64,000 nucleotides of DNA from Rhizodiscina lignyota. Its lineage: Eukaryota. The translations under genes were made by a program, and so were the position numbers. The notes beneath the pieces were generated by a model. The model did not search any database and was not told where the DNA came from. It saw nothing but the letters and a program-made list of their open reading frames with translations. Shown one piece after another: positions 12,507 to 25,194 of the stretch (position 1 is its first letter; every line of letters starts with the position of its first letter). Location of the stretch: NCBI GenBank assembly GCA_010015805.1, contig ML978124.1:806001-870000 (forward strand), given 5' to 3'.

Positions 12507-14920
12507 ATGCCTTACACTCCGCCCTCCCAGCGTTCGCCGGCCTCCTCCAAACCCAGCAGCCCCGTCATCAGTCGAAACCATTCCTACTCGAACAATGCCC
12601 ACCTCCACTCACATCCTCAGCACCCCTCACAGAGGCCTTCACTGCCTCGATCGATGTCTTCCACGTCGTATCTGCAGAAGCACCGTCGCTCGCCGTCGAT
12701 ATCCGATCACAAGCCCGAGCAGCCCGCACAGATAAAGGCAGAAGCGGTGGCAAACGGTACAAAACAACCTCTTCACCGAGTTGTGCAAAATTTACTAACT
12801 CAAGAAGGCGAGTCGAGCAACGAATCGCCGAGTTCTGACGACGATCGGGGTCGTCCAGTTGGTCAGCCAATCCCAGCTGAGCACATGAAGCAGATCGAGG
12901 AAGCCCTGTCCAAGCTCCAGCCCTTGGGACATCGTGCGCTATCGCCTACTCGTGATAGTGAAACTGCCTTGACAAATGGCACTGACGGGTCTGCATCAGC
13001 TCCGGTTCCTGGTTCACCGGGTCCGGCGCTGTCCAAAGAAGCCCGAAAGATCTCACATTCACGCTCGTCGAGTGAGATCCAATTATCCTCTTCGAGCCGC
13101 CTCGCCTCGACCGACCTTCCTACCACACACTCTTCCGACGATAGCGATGTCGAGGATGACGAATTGCGGATAAAGCCACCATTGCTGCGGAAGAAATCTG
13201 GCGAGCTCGTCAAGCCCGCACTGAGACCAGCGTCCAGGCGAAGACCATCCAGCATGCCGGGTACCCCCACCTATTCAAAGGCAGTCCACTTCAATGAGGA
13301 TATTGAGCAGGTCCGACACTTTCTCCAAGTCGATCGTCCCATTGCCGTCAGCGCAGGCTCGTCGCCGGTTGAGACATACGACAGTGAGAGTGACTTTCCC
13401 TTCGGCTACGAAGAGAATTACCGGGAACGGAAGTCTCAGATCGTTGAATGGGAAATCAAGACGTCCAATTTCCCTCGCGACACTTTCGAGAGGAAGTCGA
13501 TGCCCATCCGAGTTGAGCGCATTTTCCTGTCGTCGGATAACAAGAGTCTCGTTGGTACGGTCGCAGTTGCCAACCTCGCTTTTAACAAGCTTGTCGTCGC
13601 TCGATTCACACTCGACTACTGGAAGACGACGTCTGAAGTTGTTGCAGAATACAATAACGATATCAGAAAAAAACAGGCCAATGATGGTTGCGACCGCTTC
13701 AACTTTAACATCAAGCTTGCTGACCAAGCCAATTTGGAGACGAAGACGCTGCTACTGTGCGTGCGATACAATGTCAATGGACAAGAGTTCTGGGACAACA
13801 ATTCAAATATGAATTACCAAGTCGACTTTATTAAGAAGACGAAGCCCAGTACTAAGGTGCAAAACAAGGGCGGAATGCAAGCCGGCCCCTTAGGTGCCAT
13901 TCCACGTAGCCGACAGTCCCCACCTGCACACAGTGCAGGCCGCAACGCTCACACCCAACCAGCGTCTCCCGACGATGACTTTGTCCGCAATTTCGACAAC
14001 ACGTATCAGTTTGGCGTGAAGCGGGTAAATCTAGAGACGCCCAGCAATCCCATTCGCCTAAAAAACCATCACCGCCAGCCACCACGAAAAGGCAGCGGGC
14101 TCCCAGACGAGGCACGCACCTCGACTGCTACCGGCTCGAACCAGTCGCAAGCGTTCTCCACCCGTTACGACTTCTCGGCATCTCTCTCTGCCGCACTCAC
14201 CAACGCACAAAATGCTTTGGGAGACCGCAGTGGCATCAAGCCTAAGCCATCTCAACAAACAGCATTCAACTCAGATGGACCTGCCGCCGCCCCCAAACCA
14301 GCCGATGCTCCCAAGCCAGGAGCACTCAATTCTTCTTCGGAAGCTCGACCGGGCCTGCAGAGTGCAGAGTATAATGACTTGATCCAGAAATACTGCTTCG
14401 TACGTCCAACACCTTCAACCACTTCCGGCGCTTCCGCTGCCTAAGTCCTCTCTCCCGCCCTCTACTTTCTCTCTGGCCATGGCATTGACTGACTTTTTCA
14501 CAACAGTTCGGCTCTGCCAATGGTTCGAAAGCTAGTTCTCCACCAAACACTACACCTTTGAAGGGTCCCGAGGTACCAACTTCTGCGCCCAAGGACGAGG
14601 CGGAAAAGACTACTGCACTTGACCACACGATCCATAGTTACAATAGTTCTACAACTTCCTCCGCAACTAGCTCTGCGGCCTCGTCAACTCAGTCATCTGG
14701 ATCAAATTCGCCAACTCAGCAACAAGCGGTTTTCGACGGCTCGGCTGACTCGCGTCATCATTCTCGAACTCCTAGCGCTTATGGAAGCCGATCCGCAAGC
14801 CCAGGCAGTGTTGGGAGCTTTGGAATTACTGCAAGAGCGGGGAGTCCGGTGCCTTTTTCGAGCCCGTGGCAGCAAAACATCCTTGGAGAGGGACCTGCGG
14901 CGGTGGCCAGTCATGGTTGA
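12507..14920 (+). CDS. GAC1: Protein phosphatase 1 glycogen-targeting regulatory subunit (Gac1-like, CBM21 domain)
   Basis: RVxF-type motif KAVHF; CBM21 (GTVAVANLAFNKLVVARFTLDYW...EFWDNN). Intron 14400-14506 joins KYCF|FGS in frame with the 14558-14920 ORF. Confidence 0.92.
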
Positions 14921-16250
14921 GACATTGGGAAAAAAAAATCTGCAAATCGTGCGGACGACTCGGAGATCTGAACTATGCGACACGACTCACGAAAAAAGAT
15001 AAACGTGAATATGGCGAAACGCTTAGTTGCGTCTTTGCTGGGATGGTGACTCAACCTCACCATTTCAATGATTCACGACTGTCTGACTCGAAAATTTGGT
15101 GCTTTTGATCGACTTTGAACGTTCTAGCGAAGACGGAAAGATAGGGTTAAAATTGGAGGATTGGTGGTACATATGGCAGCCGATGCTTGGGCTGTGTGGG
15201 ACTTGTTTTCTGAATTTTGCATTGCTTGCATTCTTCGGAGGGGCCGACTTTCTACTTCTTGCATGTCTTTTCCTCCCTCTGGGCCTGCGCCCTTCGGTCG
15301 TTTCCGCACTTCGATGGTGAAGCAAGGCGTATTCGGCGCGTTTGTTTTTCCTGGGTTGGGGCTTTGCTTCTTCACCTTCTCTTTCTATGTGCGGACGACC
15401 GAAGGCGACAGGCTTATTTGGCCTGAGTTGATAGAGCCACGGTTGTAATCTTTTTCTCTTACGTTCTGGCTGCTTCTCTTCTACTCTCCGCTCACTATCG
15501 TGACGACGGGACGAGAGACGTATACGACTTTTGCGCTTGTTTTTGTCCGGGCCGGTTGTTCTTCCATGCCTTTCATGGGCGTTATCAGCGAAGGTGGTTA
15601 AAAGTGCTTTTCAGGGCTGGTTTTTCAACGTTCGGCCTGCTGTTTCTGCTTTGCGTGCTCCTTTTCATTACAACTCCAATCGCGTCTCGTCGAGGTCGAC
15701 GCGCGCATGGGTCCATTGGAGGGCTGTTTCCAGACCAGACTGCTAGGTTTTGCAGACTGTTGCTTTTCAGTTCTTCGGGCACACGGATGGGTCTGTGTTT
15801 TACTGGTGCATAGCTATACAGGCGGGATTGGCTTTATTCGAATACAACTCCCAATTCTCAGAAAGCTCAGAATCTCCCCCGATGCACTCTCGTGATGTCA
15901 ATTCGACGCCGTAAATATCAAATCCGCGATCTTGGCGGTTACGGACGCCATGCATTCGCTACCAACGGCGGTGCATGCTCACGAGGCTCGTCCAATTCTC
16001 CGGGTATCGTGAGATTGTCTGAGCTTGACCCCACAGATGCACGTAGCCGGCCCCGCACTTGAGGCGAGCCAGCATGGCGGCGCGGCGGACGGATAATGCC
16101 GTTCACGATTGTCGCCACCCGCAACCCTGCACCAGTCGCGTCTCAGCCTGACACCCCCCCAATTCCTAATCAGGAGTCCACCTCACAACATTACACCTCC
16201 TAAGATATGCAACTGTCCTCTACACACTGAACCTCTCACAAGCACGTAAA

Positions 16251-17120
16251 ATGGCAGCCTCCCCATCCACCGGCCCGGTAATCGACCAGACCACCGTCCT
16301 CTCCCTCCTCTCCACCCTCGCCATCCTCCTCGTCGCGTCCCTCGCGTCCGTCCGCTTCCTCCCCGCCACCTCGTCCGCCCGCACCCGCGTCCTCTTCACC
16401 TGGCACGCCTTCGACGCGCTCGTCCACTTCCTGCTCGAGGGCTCCTTCCTCTACAACTGCTTCGCCGTCAGCGTGCCCATCTCGCGCGCCGACCGGCTGA
16501 GCGCGACGCTCGACGCCGCCTCGGGCGCCAACGGCGCCGCCGGCTACTGGATCGTGTCGCCGCCGGGTGTTAGCTTCCTCGGCCGCGACGACAGGCTGTA
16601 TGGCCCGGCGTACGGGGCGAATCCGATGGCGCGGCTGTGGCAGGAGTACGCGAAGGCGGATCATCGCTGGGGCGGGGCGGACTTGACGGTCGTGAGCTTG
16701 GAGCTGTTGACGGTTTTCATCGGCGGCCCGTTGGCGGTGTGGGTGTGCTGTTTGCTTGCGCGCGAGGGGGATGTGGCGACGAAGGGCGGGAGGAAGAGGC
16801 TGGGCGGGCGCGCGAGCTTCTGGATCAGCTTGCTTGCGACGGGCGAGCTGTATGGGGGGTTCATGACGTTTGCGCCGGAGTGGTTGTCGGGGAACTCCAT
16901 GCTGGATGGGAGTAATTGGATGTATCTGTGAGTGTGGTCCTTGGTTTTGCTTGGAGACTGTGGAGAGATTTGCTAACGTGAGCTTGGCAGATGGCTGTAT
17001 CTTGTGTTCTTCAACATGCTCTGGGTTGTCTTTCCGTTTTGGGGCCTGGTCGAGGCGTATGGGTCGATCGCTGCTGCAGATGAGGCAGCCGGCGTTGGTG
17101 GAGAGAAGAAGAGAGCTTGA
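16251..17120 (+). CDS. Emopamil-binding protein (EBP/EXPERA family) ER membrane protein
   Basis: WHAFDALVHFLLEGSF, LWQEYAKADHRW, VVSLELLTV, ELYGGFMTF motifs. Intron 16928-16990 gives YLWLYLVFFNMLWVVFP. Ends in KKRA, a KKXX ER-retrieval signal. Confidence 0.9.
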
Positions 17121-17780
17121 GAGCATTGGTAGACGAGAGCGTCCAGGCATCGAGCATCAAGCATGCGGATGCGGAAGGGATTGGGCGTCATGTCAGAGCA
17201 TTTACGGAACCATGGCAATAAAAGAGCAGGAGAGTCTCCAATGCTCTCTCCGGAGATTGAAGACGCCCATGGTATAACGAGGCTCATGCTCACGATTTAT
17301 TCCATGTATGCTTGAATGGCGCAGAGCTGGCCTCATGCGTATTTATTCATGTATTCAAGCTAAACCGAAATATTGATATCGGATGTTTTGGCGCTGCTTT
17401 CATCTCTGCTCGATTTGCCGAAAGAGCTGTCCCCTCTCGTCTAGTCGGCATAGCACCGCCAGGAAGCATTGAAAGTCCCTGGACATTGTGATATTTGAGT
17501 TAAACGTTTGCTACTAGGAAACGGTCCTTCGGGACGACCGCATTCTTCGGCCTGTTGCTTGGTTTCCACATCTACCGTTCGTAATGTTCAAGGTTAAGAA
17601 CGAACGGAACATGCACATAGAAGTCACAAACAGACAGGTTCAGACACAATATTATCGTACGTATTTCGCTGTGTTTTGCTAAGAGAGCATGTTCTCATCA
17701 ATCATGCTATTCGTGGTATACCCAATTCATATCGCATCCGCAAATGGCCAAATTATCTTCCCGCGACAATGCAGATTACT

Positions 17781-20601
17781 CTATCCTTCGACCCTACCTA
17801 CCACCTTCCCATAATTTCCAGGAAATAATCCTTTCGCTCCAGCATAGCAGCCCCAGCACCAGTCCCCATTAATATCATCCGCCTCCGTGATCTCCGCACC
17901 TTTAGGAAACATCAACTCATCCTTCGCCCCTTCCTTCGGCCACCACGCATACATTGCATGTATGCGCAGCCCCACACCACCGGAAGGCGGAAAGCGTTGT
18001 TCAGACGGGAAACTCAAAGCGCCCGCGGGGGGCAGTCCAGGTGACAGCTGCGGCGAAGGCCCATTCCACGAACCGTGGCGCAACGTTCCATCTTCATCTG
18101 TCCAGCTCCACTGCGGGCCGGTCGAGGCAAGCTGCTCCTCCTTGAGTGCGAGTCCGCCGACGCGCTCCGCCGCAACAAGGCGCCACTGTCCACCGACTCT
18201 GTCTTCGAAGCCCACAATGCCCATGCGGTGACCTTGAGGGCAGCGGCGCCAGCCGTGCGGTCCGTCCTCGCGCTTTATCCGGCCCTTGGCTACGAGGCCA
18301 TAGTAGCAGGTTTTGCAGATGTCGTAGTCGCCATTGTTGCAGTCTGGACAGTGGAAGCGGGTGTCGGAAGGTGAGATAGCGCGGACGCAGACGTCGCACT
18401 TTGTTGCAAAGGTGAGGGGAGTAAAGGGTAGGCCGGCGAGGATTGTTGGAGGGAGGGTGTCAAGGAGTGGCGAGGCTGATTTGGGAGTAACTGGTCGATC
18501 TGGATCTGAGCTCGGATGTAAACTGTTGTCGGTAGTGGGGTTCGATCGGTCTGCGGCAGCAATGGTGTCATTAGACTGGCTTATCCCAGAGTCGGCAGTC
18601 GCTTTGTGGGCAAGAGGGAGGAGCGCATGTGTGCAGTGTCGGAACTGGTTAGCGCAATTATTGCAATAGCCCCAGGCACCATCGTTGCAGATCTCGCACT
18701 TCCAGTAGCACGCATTCGCGAACGCACCGCATATATCGCAGAACACTCCTGCTTCGAGACGCTTGGCCGGATCTTCGTCCGTCATCATGCGCGCTGTTTC
18801 TGTAGAGGATCGTACGGGAGGTTGCTTTGGACGTTGATATCGTTGGGATATCAGAACGTGTGGGAGCTCGTTCCGCTGAGCAGGGGTAAGTACATCGAAA
18901 AGCTCAGCATGATTTCTGGCGGCCGTGGCAGGAGTATATCGAAACCAATGACGGCAGCGCATTCCGTGGCGGAAGCAGTTTTGGCAGAGGTGGAAATTGC
19001 CATTATTACACTTCGAGCACGCGTAATGGAGTTTATATTGGAGATTGACTCTGTGGCATCGGTCGCAGGATATGGAAGGTTCGAGGAAAAGCGAAGTTCG
19101 AGGGCGGGATGGCGCAGCAGAAGTTGGAGGGAGTCTAGTAGAGGCTGCCGGAAATGTGGCACTTGAGGTAGGTGGTGGGGGAGAGGAAGCAGTCGCTTGA
19201 TTTGGTGTCCGCGAAGAAGGCGTATCCCTCGAGGCGATAGGGAATGTGGCAGACGGTCGAGTATCTGCGACATTGAATTGAGTTTGAGTAGCAGCGGGTG
19301 ATGCAGGATTCGAGTTCGTCCTCCGTTCGGGCGGGGCTCGCATGGCCCGCTCTGCAGGATGGACTCGAGGCTGGCCTTCCGGATCAGTCGTTCTGCGTGT
19401 ATTAGCTGATGCTCTTCGAGGCCGCTCCCCGCTCCCTTCCACTCTTGGAGGATCGAGTGAGAGATCTGATGCAGAGCGAGATGCCCTATTGTTTGAAGTT
19501 GGGACGTCCAGTCCGTGATGACCGTCCGTACGACCCGATCGTGAACTGCCCTGGCTTGATGTCCTGCGTCGATGTGTTCTTGGGTTTGGATGGTCATTGA
19601 CAGCATTAAAGAGATGAGGTCTTGATACTGGCGGCCTTGATGTGTGCCCTTGGGAGCTGCTACCCTCTGGACGAGCCTCGGCTGATGTGATTGAAGCATC
19701 TGATGTACCGTGTGCCCGGCTAGTGGACCGCTCGTCCCCTATTTCTCTTCGGCGACGCTGAAAGGACTCCAAGATCCTTTCCTGGATTTGTTCCTCTTGC
19801 GTCCGGTCAATGTTGTCAAGGTCTATCCCCTCAAGGAGGCCCTCTTCTAGTATTTGCCGTAAAATTTCCTCCTCCAACTCTTGCGAGTCCAATTCAGATG
19901 CACTTAGTAAAGACCTTAGACTAGACTGGTGCTGCACTTGTCGCGCAGTAGGAGGTCCTGATACTGTAGATGGCGTTACTCGAGGTGGTCTCGCAGCAGA
20001 CTCGACTCCGCTCCCACTCGACTCTCTTGATCGGTGCGGCCTGTCTCTCGACTGCCTACTTCTGCTCCGACTCCTGCGTTCCCTGGTTCTTGCAGGCTCT
20101 AGAGAGGTTGGAGGAGAGCTAACTCCCACCTCACGTAGACTCAGTGCCCTGACCTCGTCCATCAAGCGGGTATCAGTTTCATCCTCTCGGTTTCTGCGCC
20201 TCCTCAGCTTGGGCAGGACGTTGTCTCCAGGCTTGTATATCCTCTTCTGGTCTTCCATCTCTTCTTCGGTTTTCCCCTTCGTTGGGTTCGCCTTAAGATA
20301 CTGCTCCAATATGCTCGTCATCCATGCATGTCTGGTTGTGCCCCTCACCGATGCGCGACATGAGGGGCAGGTGTACGGGTGAGCGCTTGTTGCAGTTGAT
20401 GCCTGTTGCGCAAACCATTCTTTGAGACAGGCACCACAGAACGTATGGAGACAATCGAGAAGCGCAAGCGGCTGGTATAGGATATCTGTACATATCTATG
20501 CGATTATTAGCAGCTGTATCAAGCACGTAGAGAGTCGAACATACCGAGCATGTGAGTTCCCTCTCCCAGTCGATGCCGCTCATTTGCCCTTCCTCAGCCA
20601 T
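17781..20601 (-). CDS. RING finger + ZZ-type zinc fingers + C-terminal SH3 domain protein (putative E3 ligase)
   Basis: Intron 20544-20496 gives ELTCS|ICTDILYQPLALLDCLHTFCGAC...CPSCR (C3HC4 RING). Three ZZ-like units (CDRC..CSKCNNGNFHLCQNC; CDIC..CEICNDGAWGYCNNC; CDVC..CPDCNNGDYDICKTC). SH3: AMYAWW..DELMFPKG..GDWCWG..GLFPGNY. Confidence 0.9.
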
Positions 20602-21550
20602 GGTGAAGCGTCAGCGCTGTCTTGAGCGCACATTTGGATCTCTTGTCAGGCTTGGGCGGGCATAAGTAGAGGGGAGAAGGATTGGATGTCACGGGCTGAA
20701 GACTAGCAGACCGACAGTATGGGCCTTGGCATTGGAAATCTGGAGGATCTGCGGTGAAGCTACCGCCAGGGTCGTGCAGTGGTTCGCTCCAAGCTACGTG
20801 GCGGACGGTGAGCTTTTACTTTCCTTACAGAATCTTGGAATGAGGCACATATTGCAGCTTATAGTCTATCATGTGCTATTGGTGGCGATGCAAATATTGG
20901 AATGCGCTCGAATGAGATTAGTCACTGTCTCAAGACGCATGTCGGCTGCCAGAACGAGTCGTTCTGACGTCTTAAGAGATCGTTCACGCCAGATGTCGTC
21001 GGCTCACCGCAGAATATGACGGGAATGACAAATTGGGTCTCATCCAAAACTGAGGTACTATCTCCCGAAACCGGGAGATAGTTGTGCTCCTGTATCATAC
21101 CCATCAGAGAGTTGAGGATGGCTGGGGACTGTGAGCAGTGTCTATCTAACTGTACACCTTGGAGCTGTGCGAAGGTACGGCTAGCGAAAAGACTGTTCAA
21201 ATTCGGTCTAGGCATTTGTAAATGACCAGAATATCATGAGTAGATCGATACAATGGTGATAAGGATTCATGCCATACATAGAAGAAAGAAGAGATGGAGC
21301 CGAGTTCCCGCCAAATGTGAAGAGATTGAAGGTCACGTGCGTGCCGAATTCGGTAGTCACCTCCAGCTCCGAAGCTCAGCTTTCTTCCCACACTTTCTTC
21401 GAGCAACTTGCGTGAACTTCAACATATCCTTCACTCTTTTCCATAAGTTCCTCTACTCCGCGCAATACTCTTCACTAGAGAATTGTGCATCGGTGCGGCA
21501 CTCTCGCGTCTCTCTGGGCGCAACAACTGCGAGGAGACCAAGTATTCAAA

Positions 21551-22663
21551 ATGTCGCACTCCAAACGAAACACCTCCCTCGCCTTCTTCACCTCCTACGA
21601 GCGCTCCCTGCTCAAATCAACCTGGGGTTCTCGATCCACACGCCTGACACGCGACTCCTTTCTTCCATTCGGCTCATGTCAATTATGCCTTCGTCCGGCA
21701 GAGGATCCAGTTGCATGCCCCCAAGGTGACCTCTTCTGTCGCGAGTGCGCCCTCAAGAACCTTCTTGCGCAGCGGCAGGATATCAAGAGACTTGAGAAGG
21801 AGATGGAACAGAATAAGGCGGAACTGGAAGAGGACGAGAGAAGGCAGGACGAGGAAGCGAAAGAGCGGGCTGTGAAGGAGTTCGAGATGGTTCAGATGGG
21901 TCTGGAGGCCAAACACAGCGGTGGCAAGGTGGTCGGCAGGGAGAATGGGAAGGTGATTGTAGAGGCGAATGGAAATGGGAAGGAGCCGGCACAGAAAGGC
22001 ACGAAACGGAAGTTTGAGATTGACGAGGAGGAGCTCATACGCATCGCGAAAGAGGACAGATCCAAAATGAAGCGGGTTATCGCAGACGAAAAGAACGCGA
22101 AGCCACACTTACCGTCTTTCTGGGTGCCATCAGAGACTCCAGGAACCGACCCAGCTGCATCGAAAGCTTTGAAACCACAGAAACTCCACCCATTATGTCC
22201 CCAATCGTCAGAGTCCGCGCCACATCAGTACTCACTGAAGACGCTTATCTCTGTTAAGTTCACAGAGGAGAAAGACCGTCAAACTGGAGACCCTGTGCGA
22301 AGCTGTCCTGCATGTCGTAAGGTCTTGAGTAATGCGACCAAGGCAATGGTAGCGGTACCATGCGGGCACGTCCTATGCAAGCCATGTGTGCAGAAGTTCA
22401 TGCAACCCCAGAAGACTGTCGATGCACACGATCCGGATGCTGAGCTTGGTGTGTTGAGATGTTATGTTTGTGAAGAAGACTTGAGCCCAAATTCGAGCAA
22501 AGCTAAGGAGGGCAAGAAAGAGAAAGATAAGCCCAGGAAGAAGGACAAGGGCGACAAGGGAGGGCTCAAGCCCGGTCTCGTTCAAATAAAGTCTGAGGGC
22601 ACTGGCTTTGCAGGAGGAGGTCAGAACATGGCACGTAAAGAAGGCGTTGCATTTCAATGTTGA
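21551..22663 (+). CDS. NOSIP-like RING/U-box protein
   Basis: MSHSKRNTSLAFFTSYER..RLTRDSFLPFGSCQLCL..PVACPQGDLFCREC; LPSFWVPS; second RING CPAC..PCGHVLCKPC; C-terminal EGTGFAGGG. Confidence 0.88.
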   Translation: MSHSKRNTSLAFFTSYERSLLKSTWGSRSTRLTRDSFLPFGSCQLCLRPAEDPVACPQGDLFCRECALKNLLAQRQDIKRLEKEMEQNKAELEEDERRQDEEAKERAVKEFEMVQMGLEAKHSGGKVVGRENGKVIVEANGNGKEPAQKGTKRKFEIDEEELIRIAKEDRSKMKRVIADEKNAKPHLPSFWVPSETPGTDPAASKALKPQKLHPLCPQSSESAPHQYSLKTLISVKFTEEKDRQTGDPVRSCPACRKVLSNATKAMVAVPCGHVLCKPCVQKFMQPQKTVDAHDPDAELGVLRCYVCEEDLSPNSSKAKEGKKEKDKPRKKDKGDKGGLKPGLVQIKSEGTGFAGGGQNMARKEGVAFQC

Positions 22664-22809
22664 GGGATGCTTTGCATACTAAGCCGCACTAGCTATTGGC
22701 TTGCCCCAATGATACCCAATTTACGGAACGCTCATACCGCAGATGCAGAATCTAACTTCGTGGCCCTGACGCCTGTTACCGGCCAATGTTTAGCCAAATC
22801 ATCCCGGCG

Positions 22810-24673
22810 CTATGACAGGTGAACAAGACCCTCAACCGTGCCGAAAGCCCTCAACTTGTTACCGTACACACGCCAGAAATCGCTCTGAAATGGCGGCATC
22901 TCAGCCCTGTCACTCTTCTCCGTAGCTGTGCTCTTGGAAGCGCTTTGGGGAGAATGGCTATCCGTATAGCTCGGCCCGTCTCCTTGCGTCTCTTTGTCAT
23001 TGTCGGACTCGATCGAGAGACTACCTAGCTTGTCGTATATGTTGCCGTGTGAGAAGCGACTGGGCACAGAGTAGCTCCTTGACCCATCCTGCTTGTCTGT
23101 TTCGCCTGTCATTTCCCCTGCAGGCGTCTCAGATGACCGCTCGTCATGGAGGGCTAAGGATGCAGGCAAGCTGACACCACCCTCGACAGAATCCTCAGAG
23201 CCTAGGCCTGAGCTATCGACTCGTTTCACGTACGTTCCTTCCGCTTCCAGCTTTGAGGACAAGCGGATCAAGACTAAGGCCGTGAGATAGCTGTCAACTG
23301 CATAACACTAGTTAGTGTATTAAACAGGGGGGAGTTCGAATCCTTACAGCCTGCCTCGTGGAAGAAAGCCTGATTGCCATCGTATTTGAGATGTTCGTTG
23401 TGTGTGAGACATATCGGTCGCTTCTCAGACTTGAGCTTGTCATCGATTTCCTGTAGTGAAGACATGGGATTGATGTCTCCGCAGTTGTGCGTCGCCAAAT
23501 ATTTGGTATCTATGACAAGCGGGAAGAGCGCGTGGAAGGCCTGCTGAAACTCCTCAACGGTGTCTGGAAGAGGTCCAATGAAGAACTTGTAGAAGTAAAC
23601 TACGTCTGTCATGCAGTTATGTCCGACCAAAACTGTTTTCTTGGTTTTGAGTATATCTTTGATCCTATCGAAGCGTGAGTTGAGAGCTCGTAGGTCAACG
23701 GTCCTTGCAGCTCCATCCGGATAGTATGCAAACGACTTCACGTCGATTCTATGAAGCGTCTCATTCGTCATGGCATCAACAATCCATCGAAAGCCCGTCT
23801 GACGGTATATTTGCTGCTTCACGCTATGTTTTCGCTTGTGTAGTATCTCCTTCTCGCGCTCCTCGTTCAAGGGAATGATCGTAATGTAGCTGGCTCTGCT
23901 GAGGGTTACCAACTGCGGGAACTCGGCTCTGACAAGCTGATGCACAAGTCGCTTCTCAAATCGTGAGAGATCTCCACCTTCAGGCTCTGGTGTACTGTCA
24001 AGATCGATGTCCTTGGATGGCTGCTCTCGTTTTCCCAACTCTTTCCTCGACATAATGTCTAATGACGTACCACCGTTCTTCTTCCATTCCTCAATCCGTT
24101 TTCGAATACTGTCGAGGAGAGCCAGCGACTCTACGTCGTCGGTGTCAAGGTGGATGTCTTCGATGTTCTTTCGTCCTAGCCGGTTGTATGCGGTCTCCTT
24201 TGCAAGCTTGGCCTCCTCATGTGAGAGATATGGCACACCTTCTCTGAATGGCTTCTCCAACTTGAAGTCATTACGAAGCAGAAATTCTATCGCGCCGCTC
24301 TGGAACGAGAAGATGCGTTCGATGTCAAGTTTTTCATCCAGCAGAGGGTTCAAGTTGAAGTTGTAAGGCTTGAGAAGATAGGTTTCTTCCTCTTGGTCGT
24401 GAATGGCGAACGTCAGGCCAATCTGTAGGATTTGATAACGTTCGGCTGCCTCTTTGATGTCCCTATGTCGAATGGACTCAGCTTATCTTGAACTGGCTGC
24501 GATCAATGTGTTATGTACCTGTAGCGCTCTTGAACTGTTTGCCTGCCGGTCGCGTGGGCAAGCTTTGTAGCGATGCCCGAGAGCTCGAGGTCAAGAGAAA
24601 CAAAGTGGCATTGCGAGAGATCTTCTAATATCTCAAGCAAGCGCGGCGCAAAGGAAATGCGGTCGACGTCCAT
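22810..24673 (-). CDS. CAF1-family (DEDD) ribonuclease, PARN-like, with R3H-like insert
   Basis: Introns 24518-24463 and 23347-23298. FVSLDLELSGI, ILQIGLT, RLVHQLVR (R3H-like), LVGHNCMTD, IDTKYLA and HEAG|FDSYLT motifs. Confidence 0.9.
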
Positions 24674-25194
24674 CTCCGCAAAATGCCCAAGGCTAGATGG
24701 TGAGGTGGTAGAGGGAAGGAGAGGAAGAGATGAAGAGTAGAGAAGGTGTTGTTAAGAGAAATCGTAGTCACTAGTCGCGCCTGTCACAAGAACGCATGAA
24801 GTTCAACAGCTTGCGCACGCGACATGATGTAGAGAAGTGTGCAAAGGAAAGGTTATGCGCCTACGCATGGACAATAGTGGGCGCGGGCACCGCGTTGAGA
24901 GCTCAATTGCTCTGTAATTTCACGGTACATTATGTGAAGCGTCAATCCTACTGTAACTCTTTACAGATTTACTTGAAACATTAATACGTTGGAAAAGTAG
25001 AGATGATATCCCTGATTCACGTGGTCAGGACACCCTAAAAACGCCATGCCGAGGTCAAGTACTTTACCGACTAGCCAACTGTAATCCACGACTGCATTCC
25101 TCACCCTCAAACAACAATCACCACCGTCGCGTCCTAAATTATCTCTTCTCGCGCTATCTACCGTTCTGACCGATGTGGGCATAACCAAGACGCC

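Noticed and set aside
15096..15813. Hydrophobic small ORFs downstream of the Gac1-like gene
   Set aside because: Expected by-product of a T-rich 3'-UTR; no coding evidence.
16236..17150. 304-aa minus-strand ORF
   Set aside because: Antisense shadow of the GC-rich EBP gene; no recognisable motifs.
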